Below, in pieces: positions 20,483 to 32,661 of a stretch of DNA of 64,000 bases. Positions within the stretch are counted from its first letter, which is position 1, and the number at the start of each line of letters is the position of its first letter. The position numbers and the translations under genes are program-made. Below the pieces are notes generated by a model. It had not been told where the DNA came from and made no database searches. It saw nothing but the letters and a program-made list of their open reading frames with translations. The DNA lies in NCBI GenBank assembly GCA_965217035.1, contig OZ244226.1:1098146-1162145 (forward strand). The letters run 5' to 3'. This stretch comes from Bacteriovoracaceae bacterium (lineage in GTDB: Bacteria; Bdellovibrionota; Bacteriovoracia; Bacteriovoracales; Bacteriovoracaceae).

Positions 20483-21855
20483 TATGATCTTCCATAGACA
20501 TCTTCAATTCTAACGATGTCATCTTCTCCTAAGTAACTTCCAAGTTGTACTTCAATTATAGTAACACTTGTATTTGTTTTATTCTCTAATCTGTGAACTT
20601 CTTCTTGATTAATAAAGATATGTTCACCCACCTTGTAATCCTTTGAGGAGTCTCCCACTGTAACTGTTGGCTCGCCTTTAACGACCACCCAGTGCTCACA
20701 GCGATGAAAATGTTTTTGTAACGAGAGAGTCTTTCCCGGAAAAACATCAATTCTTTTCACTTTATACTGAGAATCATCAACCAAATTATAGAAAGCTCCC
20801 CAGGGTCTATGTTCCATTCCCTTGGTATGAAGCTCTTCTTCCCTCTTGAGCTTGATCTCTGAATATATTTCTTTTACTTTTTCAGATTCATTAATATTTC
20901 CGATGAATAAAGTATCGCTATCTTCCACGGCGATAACATTCTCAAGTCCAAACGAGACAACCTTTTTATCTGTAAAGAAAAAGCTATTCTTTGATTCATT
21001 ATGAAGAATATTCTGCTCGCTACCTTTTAAATAGTTAGCAAGAGATTCAAAGTTCCCTAGATCATTCCAAGGGATATTACACTCAACAACAGAACCTTTA
21101 CTTGTTTTTTCCATCAAGCCGTAATCAATACTCTCTGCCTCAACTTGCCTCATAACGTCTCTAGGAAAAGAAGTGATTCTTCCAGCTGTAGAAGCGGCAT
21201 TAAACACATTTTCAACACTTTCGAACATCTTGGAATCAATTTCTTTAGTTTCATTAAGAATTGTTTCCTTCGAAAAAAGAAACATTCCTGAGTTCCAATA
21301 ATAATTACCTTTTGAAAGATATTCTTCAGCAATCTCCCTCGCAGGCTTTTCTTTAAATGAGATAATATGATTCCCAGAAGCTTCTATATAGCCGTAGCCT
21401 GTATGAGGTGAAGTGGGTTTAATTCCAAAAGTATTAATACGACCTTCCCGAGCTAATCCCATTCCTTGTCTTATACAGTCTTCATATTGATCAAGTTGAT
21501 CAATCGCATGATCCGAAGGAGTCACAAAAAGAAGTTCGTTATCATTAGCGTGAAAACCTGCTAATAAAATCGCAGGGAAAGTATTTTTGGCAACGGGTTC
21601 GCATAGAAAGTGAAAGTTTTTTTCCTTGAACAGGTCTAACTCTTCAAGTTGATTGACTGCATGATGAAGCATATCTTCTGCAACAACAATAATGAAAGAA
21701 TCTGCAATCTTTGCATTCCTCTGCGCTGTTAGCTGTAATAATGATTTCCCATCGAAGACTTTTACAAACTGCTTCGGATACTTCGGTCGGCTTAAAGGCC
21801 ATAGCCGGCTTCCTGACCCACCGCACAGAATAACATTTACTAATTGATCGCTCAT
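20482..21855 (-). CDS. manC: Mannose-1-phosphate guanylyltransferase/mannose-6-phosphate isomerase
   Basis: CGGSGSRLWPLSR, PKQF, WNSGMF, RPWG, LSLQKH cupin, GEDDIVR. Confidence 0.95.
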   Translation of the reverse strand: MSDQLVNVILCGGSGSRLWPLSRPKYPKQFVKVFDGKSLLQLTAQRNAKIADSFIIVVAEDMLHHAVNQLEELDLFKEKNFHFLCEPVAKNTFPAILLAGFHANDNELLFVTPSDHAIDQLDQYEDCIRQGMGLAREGRINTFGIKPTSPHTGYGYIEASGNHIISFKEKPAREIAEEYLSKGNYYWNSGMFLFSKETILNETKEIDSKMFESVENVFNAASTAGRITSFPRDVMRQVEAESIDYGLMEKTSKGSVVECNIPWNDLGNFESLANYLKGSEQNILHNESKNSFFFTDKKVVSFGLENVIAVEDSDTLFIGNINESEKVKEIYSEIKLKREEELHTKGMEHRPWGAFYNLVDDSQYKVKRIDVFPGKTLSLQKHFHRCEHWVVVKGEPTVTVGDSSKDYKVGEHIFINQEEVHRLENKTNTSVTIIEVQLGSYLGEDDIVRIEDVYGRS

Positions 21856-21959
21856 AAACAAGATCTCTAATATAGCTGTTTATAAGAGGTTTTGCTATGG
21901 TTTGAGAGTTTTCCATATCATTTTAAAAAAGAGCTGAAATCGATTACACTTAATTTTCA

Positions 21960-22952
21960 ATGAAGATTCTATATATCAACTCTAAAAAAGCCGATTATCT
22001 CCAAGATATTGCCTATAACGGGCTATGCAAGGTTTTAGGAATTGAGCAAGTTATAGACTCTCCCTGGAACAAGAAGTTTCACTTTTCTGTGAAGGAATAC
22101 CCTAAAAACTTTGGCTACGTGAAAAATTCGATTTTACCTTCAGCTTTTGGACAACTTAACAAAGCCAAGATCGATGCTGTCATTGTAGCAACCTGTAACC
22201 CTAAAGCATTCAATCACTACTTAAAGCTCCTTCCCAAGATTGCAGACAATGTTCCAGTGGGCTTTATTGATGGAGGAGATCGACCTGAAATCGGAGGAGA
22301 TCTAGACCGTCTCGGTTCACCTGAACTTTATCAAAAAGTAACTTCAAAAAGACCTTTCGACTTCATTTTTAAAAGAGAAAAGTTGCTCGATGAAAAATAT
22401 CCTGAAAATGTTTTTCCAATGCCTTTTGGATATAATTTTGATCATCTTGAATATTTTAATAATCGTATTTTTGGAAAGAAATATGATGTGACTTTTTGGG
22501 CAACAGAGTCACACCCCATTCGAACTGAAGTCTTAAAGATTATTCAAGACAAATTCGACTGTCGGAAAAATGGAAGTACTCTTGGAATAGATTTCAAAAC
22601 TTTTCCTCATAAAGGGAATCTCTACCTCAAAGCACTTGCTCAAAGTAAGATTGCCCTTAATTTTCGAGGAGGAGGTTGGGACTGTGTTCGTTATTGGGAA
22701 ATTCCGGCCGTTAAAACTCTAATGCTTTCTCAAAAGATGCAGATTGATATTCCCAATGATTTTGTTCATAAAGAGAGTGCTTTATTCTGTAAGGATGATT
22801 TGAGTGATCTGGAAGACCTTTGCCAATATCATCTTGATCATCCCAAAGAGACTCAAGAGATTGCTTTAAATGGTTTTGAACATTTGAAAAAATATCATTC
22901 AGAAGTAAAAAGAGGAAAAACTATTCTTCAAAAGATTGAAGAACATCTTTAA
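21960..22952 (+). CDS. Glycosyltransferase (CgeB/Glyco_trans_1_2-like)
   Basis: SKIALN, RYWEI, IALNG pattern. Confidence 0.7.
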   Translation: MKILYINSKKADYLQDIAYNGLCKVLGIEQVIDSPWNKKFHFSVKEYPKNFGYVKNSILPSAFGQLNKAKIDAVIVATCNPKAFNHYLKLLPKIADNVPVGFIDGGDRPEIGGDLDRLGSPELYQKVTSKRPFDFIFKREKLLDEKYPENVFPMPFGYNFDHLEYFNNRIFGKKYDVTFWATESHPIRTEVLKIIQDKFDCRKNGSTLGIDFKTFPHKGNLYLKALAQSKIALNFRGGGWDCVRYWEIPAVKTLMLSQKMQIDIPNDFVHKESALFCKDDLSDLEDLCQYHLDHPKETQEIALNGFEHLKKYHSEVKRGKTILQKIEEHL

Positions 22953-23949
22953 CTGCTTCTTCAAACTGTTGCGCTATTTTTAATTCGTTAAAGGATGTAT
23001 TAACGAGCTCAAACCCCGCCTTGGAAACATATTCTAGTTCTTCTTGAGAGCTCTTAATTCTTCTAATTTCACTCGCAATCGCATCCGGAGTATTCTTGCA
23101 AAGGAAAATATCCTTCCGATTGGTAAATAGTTCTTTAATAGCCTCTGACTCCATAGTCAGAATAGGTCTTTCACAACTCGCATAATGAAAAATCTTATTT
23201 GGAATCACTGAAGAAGCCTTGATTGAATCTCCAAAAATACCAAGGCAAAGATCGAAACGACTAATCTCTTTATTGAGATCTTTATAAGGAATCCACCCTT
23301 TCAAATTGATATTATTATCTTTTTTTACAAGTCTTTTGATTTCTTCATATTCATGACCTGTTCCTATCAGAGTAAAACGTACTCGCTCCATTTTCATAAT
23401 TCTTGCGGCCTTAACAATCTTTTTAACGCCTTGGAGTGGAATAAATCCACCGACAAACCCAACCTCGAAACTTGAGTTCGTTTGTCTTTCCATCGGAAAA
23501 AAATCTTTGGTATTCGAACCAACATAGACGACTTTAATGTCTTCATCTGGAAGATCAAACATTTCCTGGAAAAGCTTCTTTCGCTCATAGGTATCGATAA
23601 TAATAAGTTCTGAATGCTTCATTGCTTGATGATCGCGATACCGATCTTTTAAAGCTCTCAGACTAAAACGCCCGACTTTTTTATAATCCAAAACATTTGT
23701 TACCCACTTCGAAATCAAAGGGTCAAAAATAACAGGACAATCAACATTTTTATTAATGAAAGGAACATACTTATGCATAAAACAAGGAACAAAAACAAAA
23801 TCAACTTCTTTTGAGAGTTTAAAAAGTAACTCAGGATCATCTTTTAAAGGATGCTCTCTAATGTCATGGCCTCGAGCTTTCAAACCATCTAAAAGAATGC
23901 GGGTCCTGTTGTAATCTTCTTCATAAGGACCGGTTACCAAAATCTTCAT
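22921..23949 (-). CDS. Glycosyltransferase family 4-like
   Basis: FVGGFIPLQG, DLCLGIFG, IPNKIF. Confidence 0.85.
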   Translation of the reverse strand: MKILVTGPYEEDYNRTRILLDGLKARGHDIREHPLKDDPELLFKLSKEVDFVFVPCFMHKYVPFINKNVDCPVIFDPLISKWVTNVLDYKKVGRFSLRALKDRYRDHQAMKHSELIIIDTYERKKLFQEMFDLPDEDIKVVYVGSNTKDFFPMERQTNSSFEVGFVGGFIPLQGVKKIVKAARIMKMERVRFTLIGTGHEYEEIKRLVKKDNNINLKGWIPYKDLNKEISRFDLCLGIFGDSIKASSVIPNKIFHYASCERPILTMESEAIKELFTNRKDIFLCKNTPDAIASEIRRIKSSQEELEYVSKAGFELVNTSFNELKIAQQFEEAVKDVLQSFEE

Positions 23950-24062
23950 AAATGAAAGAGTATCACCAAGGAAGTTGAATGGGGAGATTGGCTGCGTCGC
24001 GTTGTTTTACTCATGTTCTAAGAAAAGTTAAAATGATCACTTAACTCGGAGATTAAAAACTC

Positions 24063-25775
24063 ATGTTCGAACAATTGAAGAGAATTTGGCCATACGTAGA
24101 GAAATATAAGAACAGGGCCATTCTTGCTTTTTTATGCTCAATCCCGCTTGCGGCCATTAAAGCGTATCAAGGTTACTTAGTGAAGCCTATCTTTGATAAA
24201 GGATTCGGAGCAGGAGCTTCTTTTGAGGATGCTTTAAAACTTGCCGGAATCGTCTTCGGGCTCGCCCTTATTAACTATCCTTTTCGATTTTTTCATTTTT
24301 ATGGAATGAAAACGACGATGGAGCAAATCACTTATGAATTAAGGAAGCTTATTTATAATAAACTCCATTCTGTTCCTGTCTCTTATTATAGCGAGCAAAA
24401 ATCTGGGGATATGCTTTCAAAGACGACGATTGATACTATTATCTTCTCTGAGTCTTTTAAGCACGCTCTCGATATGGTCCGAGAACCTCTGACTGCTCTC
24501 GCTCTTTTTGGAGTCGCTCTCTATCAGGATTACCAACTCACTTTAGCCATTCTTATCGTCTTTCCTCTTTTTCTCATTATTTTTAATAAAACAGGATCTC
24601 GAGTGAGGGTCTACGCAGCTCAGTTTCAAGAAAATTTAGCGGAAATGACTCAAAATATTACCGAAGGTGTGATGGGACAAAAGATGGTTAAAGCTTTTAA
24701 CCTTCAAGACTACGTTAATCAGAGATTTGATAAGTCGCAAAATAAATATATCGAGAATCGTAAAAAGCATATCTCTGTCGAAGAGCATTCCCATCCACTC
24801 GTTGAAACAGTTGGTGCCCTGATGTTTGCGGGCATTATTATCTTTGCTCATCATAGAATTGCGCGAGGACACCTTACTACGGGAGCTTTTGTCTCATTCA
24901 TTACAGTCATGGCCATGATTATGGATCCAATAAGAAAATTCTCAAGTGCCAATGTTAAAATTAATACCGCAAAAGCTGCTGGCGATAGACTCTTCTCCAT
25001 TCTTAACCAAGAAAACGAACCAAATGAAGGAACTCTAGAGCATTCTGTTTTTCAATCTAAAATTGAATTCAAAAATATTACTTTTTCTTATGGAGAAGGT
25101 GATGTCATTAAAGACTTTTCTTTAACAGTAAACAAAGGAGAAAGAGTTGCCCTAGTAGGACTCTCTGGCTCTGGAAAGTCGACACTTATTAATTTAGTTC
25201 TTAGGTTATATGAGGCTCAACAAGGTGAAATCCTTATTGATGATAAAAATATTAAATCGATTGAATTAAAGTCATACCGTAAAAACTTTGCACTTGTAAG
25301 CCAGGATATCTTTCTCTTTAATGACTCAGTCAGAGAAAACCTAACGGTTGGTAAGGATTACAGCGAAGACGAAATAGAAAAAGCTATTAATGTTTCATAC
25401 GCTAAAGAATTCATTGATAAGCTTCCAAATCGACTTGAAACAACGATCGGAGATCGAGGCTTAAAACTCTCTGGAGGTCAATGCCAAAGACTTACAATCG
25501 CTCGTGCCTTTCTCGCCGGTGCCCCTGTTTATCTTTTTGATGAAGCCACTTCAGCTCTCGATAATGAATCAGAAAGGATCGTTCAAAAAGCTTTAGATGA
25601 AGTTGCTGGCAATCAAACAGTTATCGCTGTTGCCCACAGGCTCTCTACGATTCAAAACTACGATAAAATTGTTGTTATGAAAGAAGGACGGATTATCGAA
25701 GCCGGAAATCATCAACAACTTTTAGCTAATCAGAGCGAATATAAGAAACTCTGGGATCTTAGTCAGGACGATTAA
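24063..25775 (+). CDS. msbA: MsbA-like lipid A/ABC exporter
   Basis: TMD plus intact NBD (GLSGSGKST, LSGGQ, LFDEATSALD, AHRL); located in LPS locus. Confidence 0.8.
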   Translation: MFEQLKRIWPYVEKYKNRAILAFLCSIPLAAIKAYQGYLVKPIFDKGFGAGASFEDALKLAGIVFGLALINYPFRFFHFYGMKTTMEQITYELRKLIYNKLHSVPVSYYSEQKSGDMLSKTTIDTIIFSESFKHALDMVREPLTALALFGVALYQDYQLTLAILIVFPLFLIIFNKTGSRVRVYAAQFQENLAEMTQNITEGVMGQKMVKAFNLQDYVNQRFDKSQNKYIENRKKHISVEEHSHPLVETVGALMFAGIIIFAHHRIARGHLTTGAFVSFITVMAMIMDPIRKFSSANVKINTAKAAGDRLFSILNQENEPNEGTLEHSVFQSKIEFKNITFSYGEGDVIKDFSLTVNKGERVALVGLSGSGKSTLINLVLRLYEAQQGEILIDDKNIKSIELKSYRKNFALVSQDIFLFNDSVRENLTVGKDYSEDEIEKAINVSYAKEFIDKLPNRLETTIGDRGLKLSGGQCQRLTIARAFLAGAPVYLFDEATSALDNESERIVQKALDEVAGNQTVIAVAHRLSTIQNYDKIVVMKEGRIIEAGNHQQLLANQSEYKKLWDLSQDD

Positions 25776-26758
25776 GCCAAATAGCCTTTATTTTCTAGAT
25801 ACCAATTGACTGTCTTTTGAATTCCTTCTTCAAAAGTCACAGAAGGTCTCCAATCAAGTTCATTCGTTGCTTTTGTAAAATCGATTGCATATCTCCAATC
25901 GTGACCTTTTCGATCCTCAACAAATTCAATAAGATCTTCCGACTTATTCAAAATATCAAGAATGGTTTTCACAACATCAATATTCCTTCTCTCTGAATCG
26001 CCTCCGAAATTATAAATCTCACCGGCCTTTCCTTTTTGGAAGACATCCCAAATTCCATTATTATGATCATCCACAAAGATCCAATCTCGAATATTTTTTC
26101 CATCTCCGTAGACTGGAAGCTTTTTGTCATTGAGAGCATTTGAAATCATTAACGGTATCAGTTTCTCTGGAAATTGAAGAGGTCCATAATTATTTGAACA
26201 CCTTGTCGTCATGACTGGAAGCTTATAAGTTTCAAAATAAGCTCTTACCATTAAGTCTGATCCTGTTTTACTTGCGCTATAAGGGCTATTAGGGGCTAAA
26301 GGATTTTTTTCAGTAAAAGCAGGATCTGTCTCTGAAAGAGATCCATAAACTTCATCAGTACTCACATGTACAAAGCGAAAAGCAGATTTTTCTTTTTCAA
26401 AAATTTTTAGAGAAGAATTCAAAAGATTCAAAGTACCCAGAATATTTGTTTCGACAAAGATATTAGGATTTTCAATTGATCGATCAACATGAGACTCAGC
26501 TGCGAAATGAATAACTCCATCTGGTTTGATCTTTTGAAAAGTCGATTCGACTTTCTCTCCATCTCTAATATCGACTTTAAGAAAATCAACATGATCAAAG
26601 TCTTTTAAGATTTGTTCAATATTCTCTAAACGACCTGCATAAGTGAGAGCATCAATCACAGTGAAATGATAATCTGAATTATTTTTGGCAATTGTATTCA
26701 CAAAATTTGAACCAATAAAACCTGCACATCCAGTTAAAATAATATTCTTAGAACTCAT
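25772..26758 (-). CDS. rmlB: dTDP-glucose 4,6-dehydratase
   Basis: GFIGSN, AAESHVDRSI, STDEVYG, PYSASK, RCSNNYGP. Confidence 0.96.
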   Translation of the reverse strand: MSSKNIILTGCAGFIGSNFVNTIAKNNSDYHFTVIDALTYAGRLENIEQILKDFDHVDFLKVDIRDGEKVESTFQKIKPDGVIHFAAESHVDRSIENPNIFVETNILGTLNLLNSSLKIFEKEKSAFRFVHVSTDEVYGSLSETDPAFTEKNPLAPNSPYSASKTGSDLMVRAYFETYKLPVMTTRCSNNYGPLQFPEKLIPLMISNALNDKKLPVYGDGKNIRDWIFVDDHNNGIWDVFQKGKAGEIYNFGGDSERRNIDVVKTILDILNKSEDLIEFVEDRKGHDWRYAIDFTKATNELDWRPSVTFEEGIQKTVNWYLENKGYLA

Positions 26759-27602
26759 TTTTTAATCCTTTTAAAGATTCTTTCCAAGGTTTAAGAGTTA
26801 TCTCCATTGTTGATGTTATTTTCTCTTTGTTCAAGACCGAATAGAGAGGTCTTTTAGCATCAGTTGGATAATCCTCAGTTTTAATAGGCTTAATTTCAGT
26901 CTTAAGGTCCCAGATTTTATTAATTTCTTGAGCGAAATGAAGCCAAGAAGTCTTCCCTTCATTTGTAAAATGATAAACTCCACATTTTTTATGGAGGTTT
27001 TCTTTATCAAGAATCTCTAAAACAGCTTCAGCCAAATCATTGGCATTAGTCGGACTTCCAAATTGATCAGAAACAATATTCAATTCATCACGCTCAGAAC
27101 AAAGTCTCAGAACTGTCTTTAGGAAGTTATGACTAAATTCTGAATACACCCAAGAGGTTCTAAAAATAAAATAAGCACAACCCGACTCTCTAATCGCTTC
27201 TTCTCCTCGAAACTTTGATTCTCCATAAAAATTAATCGGTTTGCAGAAGTCTGCCTCATTATAAGGAGTTCCTTTTGTTCCATCAAAAACATAATCAGTC
27301 GAAAAATGGACAAGAAATGAATTAAACTCCTTCACAATATCAGAAAGAGTCTTCACAGCATCACAATTTATAGACTCACAACGTTCCTTATCCGTTTCTG
27401 CTTGATCGACTTTAGTATAAGCGGCGCAATTAATAATAAAGTCTGGTTGTATTTTGGAAATTTTTTCTCTTAATTTTTCAGAGTCTGTTATTGAAAGCTC
27501 TGAGCGAGAAAAAAAGAAAAACTCTTTGTTCGTATTTTGACTTTCAAGCTTCTTGAAGCATTGGCCAACTTGTCCATTTGAACCAAGTACTAAAACTTTC
27601 AT
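26748..27602 (-). CDS. rmlD: dTDP-4-dehydrorhamnose reductase
   Basis: GSNGQVG, NCAAYT, STDYVFDG, YGESK, RTSWVY. Confidence 0.96.
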   Translation of the reverse strand: MKVLVLGSNGQVGQCFKKLESQNTNKEFFFFSRSELSITDSEKLREKISKIQPDFIINCAAYTKVDQAETDKERCESINCDAVKTLSDIVKEFNSFLVHFSTDYVFDGTKGTPYNEADFCKPINFYGESKFRGEEAIRESGCAYFIFRTSWVYSEFSHNFLKTVLRLCSERDELNIVSDQFGSPTNANDLAEAVLEILDKENLHKKCGVYHFTNEGKTSWLHFAQEINKIWDLKTEIKPIKTEDYPTDAKRPLYSVLNKEKITSTMEITLKPWKESLKGLKNEF

Positions 27603-28144
27603 AGGAAGTATTCTGCATCACTAAGAGAAGGGAGCAATCTATCTTTATCTGAGAGAATAAGATCTCCTAAGTCGGTCTTCCAATCAATTGAAAGCTCAGG
27701 ATCATTATAGATAATACCTCTTTCCATTTCTTTATTATAATAGTTATCACATTTATAAAAGAACTCTGCTTTGTCGCTTAAAACAGCAAAACCATGGGCA
27801 AACCCTCTTGGGACGTAAAAGAAAGTACCATCTCCTTCCTTCAACTCAACTCCATACCACTTTTTAAAAGTAGGTGATGATTTTCGAAGATCAACCGCCA
27901 CGTCAAAAACTTTTCCCCGCAAGACTCCGACAAGCTTAGCCTGAGCGGCACTTCCCATTTGATAGTGAAGTCCTCTAACTGTTCCTTTTTGAGATATCGA
28001 TCGATTGTCTTGAACAAACTCTTCCTTGATTCCTTGCTCTAAAAAATGTTTTTTATTAAAACTTTCAGTAAAAGAACCTCTCTCGTCTTTGAATACAGGA
28101 GGTCGATAAAGAAGAGCATCTACCAAAGGAGTTTTTTCAAACAT
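27599..28144 (-). CDS. rmlC: dTDP-4-dehydrorhamnose 3,5-epimerase
   Basis: DERGSF, RGLHYQ, DVAVDLR, GFAHGF. Confidence 0.96.
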   Translation of the reverse strand: MFEKTPLVDALLYRPPVFKDERGSFTESFNKKHFLEQGIKEEFVQDNRSISQKGTVRGLHYQMGSAAQAKLVGVLRGKVFDVAVDLRKSSPTFKKWYGVELKEGDGTFFYVPRGFAHGFAVLSDKAEFFYKCDNYYNKEMERGIIYNDPELSIDWKTDLGDLILSDKDRLLPSLSDAEYFL

Positions 28145-29017
28145 TTAAAGCTCACCTCTAGCAACCGCCATTAGGTATTGTCCGTATTGATTCTTTTTTA
28201 GAAGCTCAGCTTGTTTAATAAGGGAGTCTTTAGAAATCCATTCATTTCTATAGGCGATTTCCTCTAAACAAGAGATTTTAACAGATTGTCTTTTTTCTAC
28301 AGTTGCCACAAAGTTTGAAGATTCTAAAAGACTATCGTGAGTACCAGAGTCAAACCAAGCATACCCTCGAGAGAGTGTCTCTACTTTTAAAGAACCTTTT
28401 TCAAGATACTTACGATTGAGATCAGTAATCTCCAATTCTCCTCGAGCAGAAGGCTCTAGATTCTTTGCAAGTTCAACGACTTGATTATCATAGAAATATA
28501 AGCCTGTTACAGCGTAATGAGATTTCGGCTTTTCTGGTTTTTCTTCAATGGATATCGCTAAATTATTCTCATCAAGCTCAACCACACCATATCTTTCAGG
28601 GTCCCTTACTCGATAAGCAAAGACTGTTGCTCCATTCTTTTGAGAAGCTGCAATTTTAAGTTTTCGAGGAAGGCCATCTCCATAAAAAATATTATCTCCC
28701 AGAACCAAACAAACAGAGTCGTCCCCTATAAAACTCTCACCAATGATAAAGGCTTGAGCAAGCCCATCAGGACTTGGTTGCTCTGCATAGCTGATTTGAA
28801 TTCCAAACTGAGAACCGTCTCCCAAAAGTCTTTGGAAATTAGGAAGGTCAACAGGAGTTGAAATAACGAGAACATCCTTAATGCCTGCTAACATTAAAGT
28901 TGAAAGTGGATAATAAATCATGGGTTTATCGTAGATTGGTAAAATTTGCTTTGAGGCTGCATGAGTTGCTGGATAAAGACGCGTTCCAGAGCCACCAGCG
29001 AGTATTATACCTTTCAT
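28145..29017 (-). CDS. rmlA: Glucose-1-phosphate thymidylyltransferase
   Basis: [26 protein letters not shown] overlaps the metH TAA. Confidence 0.97.
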   Translation of the reverse strand: MKGIILAGGSGTRLYPATHAASKQILPIYDKPMIYYPLSTLMLAGIKDVLVISTPVDLPNFQRLLGDGSQFGIQISYAEQPSPDGLAQAFIIGESFIGDDSVCLVLGDNIFYGDGLPRKLKIAASQKNGATVFAYRVRDPERYGVVELDENNLAISIEEKPEKPKSHYAVTGLYFYDNQVVELAKNLEPSARGELEITDLNRKYLEKGSLKVETLSRGYAWFDSGTHDSLLESSNFVATVEKRQSVKISCLEEIAYRNEWISKDSLIKQAELLKKNQYGQYLMAVARGEL

Positions 29018-32000
29018 TAGAGCCACCTTATTACTTCTTTAGGAGTCATATTCTTTCTCTTACCGTAATCAGCAAGCTGATCGTCCCCAACAGAGCCAAC
29101 ATTAAAATATCTTGATTGCGGATGCGAAAAATACCAACCACAAACACTTGATGGAGGGTTCATCGCAAAATGCTCTGTTAAATTAACGCCAATATTTCCA
29201 GGAACATCCATCAACTTAAAGATTTTTTCTTTTTCACTGTGATCAGGGCAAGCAGCATAACCAGGCGCCGGTCGGATCCCTTTGTACTTTTCTTTAATAA
29301 GTTCTTGATTCGTTAAAGCCTCGTCTGGAGCATAACCCCAGATCTTCTTACGAACTCTCTCATGCATGTATTCTGCATAGGCTTCCGCAATTCTATCAGC
29401 GAGGGCCTTAACCATAATTGCATTATAATCATCTCCCTCTTTCTCATACTTCTTAGAAAGAGCTTCAACTTCCTCCCCAGAGCTCACTGCAAAACAGCCA
29501 ATATAATCTTTCTTCCCGGTAGACTCGGGTGCAATAAAGTCTGCCAAGCATGAATTTGGAGAACTTGCTTCAGTCATTTTTCTCTGACTTCGAAGCATAT
29601 TAAACGTGACGTTTTCGTCTTTCAGAATAACATCATCACCAACTGTATTTGCTTTATAAAATCCAATGACTCCACGGGGTTTTAAGTGATTTCGAATCGA
29701 GATTTCTTGTAAAAGTGATCGAGCATCATCATAAAGTTTTCTGGCTTCCTCTCCGACAATAGCGTCGTCGAATATTTTAGGAAACTGTCCACGAAGTCTC
29801 CAAGTCGTAAAGAATGGTGTCCAATCAATATAAGGAATCAGCTCTTCTACAGTAACGTTTTGAAAAACTTTATGTCCTGTAAACTCTGGAGTCATTGTTT
29901 CAAATTCGTCCCAGTTTATTTTTGTTCTATTTTCTCGAGCTTGCTCAATTGAAATAAGATTTTTTACTTCCTTATTTCTTTCATGATTCATCTTTAATTT
30001 TTCATACTGCTCAGTCAGTTCTTCTTGATACTTATCGTGATGACCAAGAATTCTTCCCGCCGTCGTCACTGATCTTGAAGCATCTGAAACATGAACAACG
30101 AGTCCTGAATATTTCGGATTGATTTTTACGGCCGTATGAATTCTCGAAGTCGTCGCTCCACCAACCATCAAAGGTGTTTTCCAACCGTCCTCTTCAAGTT
30201 TCTCTGCAACCGTGACCATCTCATCGAGTGAAGGAGTAATTAGACCACTCAATCCAATGATATCGACTTTTTCTTCTCGCGCTTTATCGAGAATTTTTTC
30301 ATAAGGAACCATAACACCCATGTCGATCACTTCATAATTATTGCAAGCGAGAACAACACCAACGATATTTTTCCCAATATCATGAACATCTCCCTTAACC
30401 GTTGCCATCAGGATCTTTCCTGCGCGACTAATATCAGATTTATTTTTTGCTGCTTCAAGATAAGGTTCAAGAATAGCGACTGATTTCTTCATCGCTCGAG
30501 CACTTTTTACAACCTGTGGAAGAAACATTTTTCCGGCACCGAAGAGATCCCCGACTACAGACATACCCCCCATCAAAGGTCCTTCAATAACCTTAATAGG
30601 TTCAACATATTTCTCAAGCGCTTCCATTGTATCTTCTTCAATGAAATCAAGAACACCTTTTACAAGAGAGTACTCAAGTCTCTTCTCAATAGTGTCCTTT
30701 CTCCACGCAAGGTCCTTTTCTTTGGTTTTAACTTCACCTTTAACTTTTGAAGCAAACTCAATAAGTCTCTCGGTGGCATCATCTCTTCTATTAAAAACAA
30801 CGTCTTCGACATGCTCAAGAAGATCCTTAGGAATATCTTCATAAATTGTTAACATCGTTGGATTAACAATTCCCATATCCATTCCTGCTTTTGTTGCATA
30901 ATAAAGAAACACAGAATGAATCGCTTCTCGGACAATATTATTTCCTCTGAATGAGAATGAAAGGTTACTGACCCCTCCACTCACTTTTGCATGAGGGAGG
31001 TTCTCTTTAATCCATCGAGTAGCTTCAATAAAATCAACGGCGTAATTATTGTGCTCTTCAATTCCTGTCGCAATAGCAAGAATATTTGGATCAAAAATGA
31101 TTGAGGCAGGATCAAAATCAGCTTTTTCGGTGAGGACTTTATAAGCTCTTTCACAAATTTCGATTCTTCTGGCGTAAGTATCAGCTTGTCCTTCTTCATC
31201 GAAGGCCATAACAACAGCACTAGCACCATATTTTTGAATGAGCTTCGCTTTTGCGATGAAATCCTCTTCGCCTTCTTTAAGAGAGATAGAGTTCACAACT
31301 CCACGTCCCTGAATGCATTGAAGACCTGCTTCAATAACTTCCCATTTCGAAGAGTCGATCATAACAGGAACACGAGAGATATCAGGATCACTTGCGATCA
31401 TATTGAGAAACTCTCTCATGGCTGCAACAGAGTCGATCATCCCTTCATCCATGTTCACATCGATAATTTGTGCTCCACCTTCAACTTGGTCACGAGCAAC
31501 ACTTAAAGCTGCTTCGTAATCTTCTTTTTCAATAAGCTTCCGGAACTTTGCTGAACCTGTAACATTTGTTCTCTCTCCAACGTTGATGAAATTACTTCCT
31601 TCAAAAACTTGAAGCGGTTCGAGTCCGCTGGCTTGAAAGCTTGGATCAAAACTTGGAACAGTTCTCGGCGAATACTTCTCTGCAAGTTGAGCTATAACCT
31701 TAATATGTTCGTCACTTGTTCCACAACAACCGCCAATGATATTCAAGTGTCCTTTTTTCAAAAAACCTTCAATGATCTCTCCCATATGCTCAGGGGTGTG
31801 ATCATACTCTCCCATTTCATTAGGAAGACCTGCATTGGGATGAGCCGAAGTAAAGCTTGGGGCTATATTTGAAAGCTCCTCGATATAAGGGGCCATCTTG
31901 TCTGCACCAAAAGCACAGTTTAATCCGATTGATAACATTGGAAAGTGAGTGACTGAGTACATAAATGCGCCCAAAGTTTGACCTGATAAAATTCTTCCAC

Positions 32001-32634
32001 TGTCATCGGTAATGGTTCCAGAAATCATGACGGGAAGCTTCTTATCCGTCGTCTCAAAGTAATCAGCAATTGCTTTCAAGGCTGCTTTACAATTTAATGT
32101 ATCAAAAACAGTTTCAACTAGGAGAATATCAACTCCCGCTTCAACCATAGCTTTAACTTGTTCAGTATAAGATTTCCTTAGCTGTTCAAAGTTAACAGCT
32201 CGATACCCTGGGCGGTTAACGTCAGGAGAAAGAGAAGCCGTTTTATTCATTGGACCAATCGAACCTGCAACCCATCTTGGTTTTTCTGGAGTGCTAAACT
32301 TTTCAGCAGCAGCCTTTGCAAGCTTTACGGCTTCAGTGTTCAGCTCAATCACCATATCTTGCATGTCATAGTCTTCCATCGAAACACTTGTGCAATTGAA
32401 AGTATTTGTTTCGATGATATCAGCACCAGCTTCCAAGTATTTTTCATGAATTTCAGAGATAACTTCAGGCTTTGTTAATGAAAGAAGATCGTTATTCCCT
32501 TTCAACGGGGAAGGATAATCCTTGAAGCGGTCACCTCTATAATCCTCTTCTTCTAACTTATAGCGTTGGATCATGGTTCCCATGGCACCATCAATAACCA
32601 AAATACGCTGCTGAAGGGCTTCTTCTATCGTCAT
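29017..32634 (-). CDS. metH: Cobalamin-dependent methionine synthase
   Basis: [39 protein letters not shown] before ATG at 32634. Confidence 0.97.
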   Translation of the reverse strand: MTIEEALQQRILVIDGAMGTMIQRYKLEEEDYRGDRFKDYPSPLKGNNDLLSLTKPEVISEIHEKYLEAGADIIETNTFNCTSVSMEDYDMQDMVIELNTEAVKLAKAAAEKFSTPEKPRWVAGSIGPMNKTASLSPDVNRPGYRAVNFEQLRKSYTEQVKAMVEAGVDILLVETVFDTLNCKAALKAIADYFETTDKKLPVMISGTITDDSGRILSGQTLGAFMYSVTHFPMLSIGLNCAFGADKMAPYIEELSNIAPSFTSAHPNAGLPNEMGEYDHTPEHMGEIIEGFLKKGHLNIIGGCCGTSDEHIKVIAQLAEKYSPRTVPSFDPSFQASGLEPLQVFEGSNFINVGERTNVTGSAKFRKLIEKEDYEAALSVARDQVEGGAQIIDVNMDEGMIDSVAAMREFLNMIASDPDISRVPVMIDSSKWEVIEAGLQCIQGRGVVNSISLKEGEEDFIAKAKLIQKYGASAVVMAFDEEGQADTYARRIEICERAYKVLTEKADFDPASIIFDPNILAIATGIEEHNNYAVDFIEATRWIKENLPHAKVSGGVSNLSFSFRGNNIVREAIHSVFLYYATKAGMDMGIVNPTMLTIYEDIPKDLLEHVEDVVFNRRDDATERLIEFASKVKGEVKTKEKDLAWRKDTIEKRLEYSLVKGVLDFIEEDTMEALEKYVEPIKVIEGPLMGGMSVVGDLFGAGKMFLPQVVKSARAMKKSVAILEPYLEAAKNKSDISRAGKILMATVKGDVHDIGKNIVGVVLACNNYEVIDMGVMVPYEKILDKAREEKVDIIGLSGLITPSLDEMVTVAEKLEEDGWKTPLMVGGATTSRIHTAVKINPKYSGLVVHVSDASRSVTTAGRILGHHDKYQEELTEQYEKLKMNHERNKEVKNLISIEQARENRTKINWDEFETMTPEFTGHKVFQNVTVEELIPYIDWTPFFTTWRLRGQFPKIFDDAIVGEEARKLYDDARSLLQEISIRNHLKPRGVIGFYKANTVGDDVILKDENVTFNMLRSQRKMTEASSPNSCLADFIAPESTGKKDYIGCFAVSSGEEVEALSKKYEKEGDDYNAIMVKALADRIAEAYAEYMHERVRKKIWGYAPDEALTNQELIKEKYKGIRPAPGYAACPDHSEKEKIFKLMDVPGNIGVNLTEHFAMNPPSSVCGWYFSHPQSRYFNVGSVGDDQLADYGKRKNMTPKEVIRWL

Positions 32635-32661
32635 AAGTTCCTTATAATACAATAAGAAACT

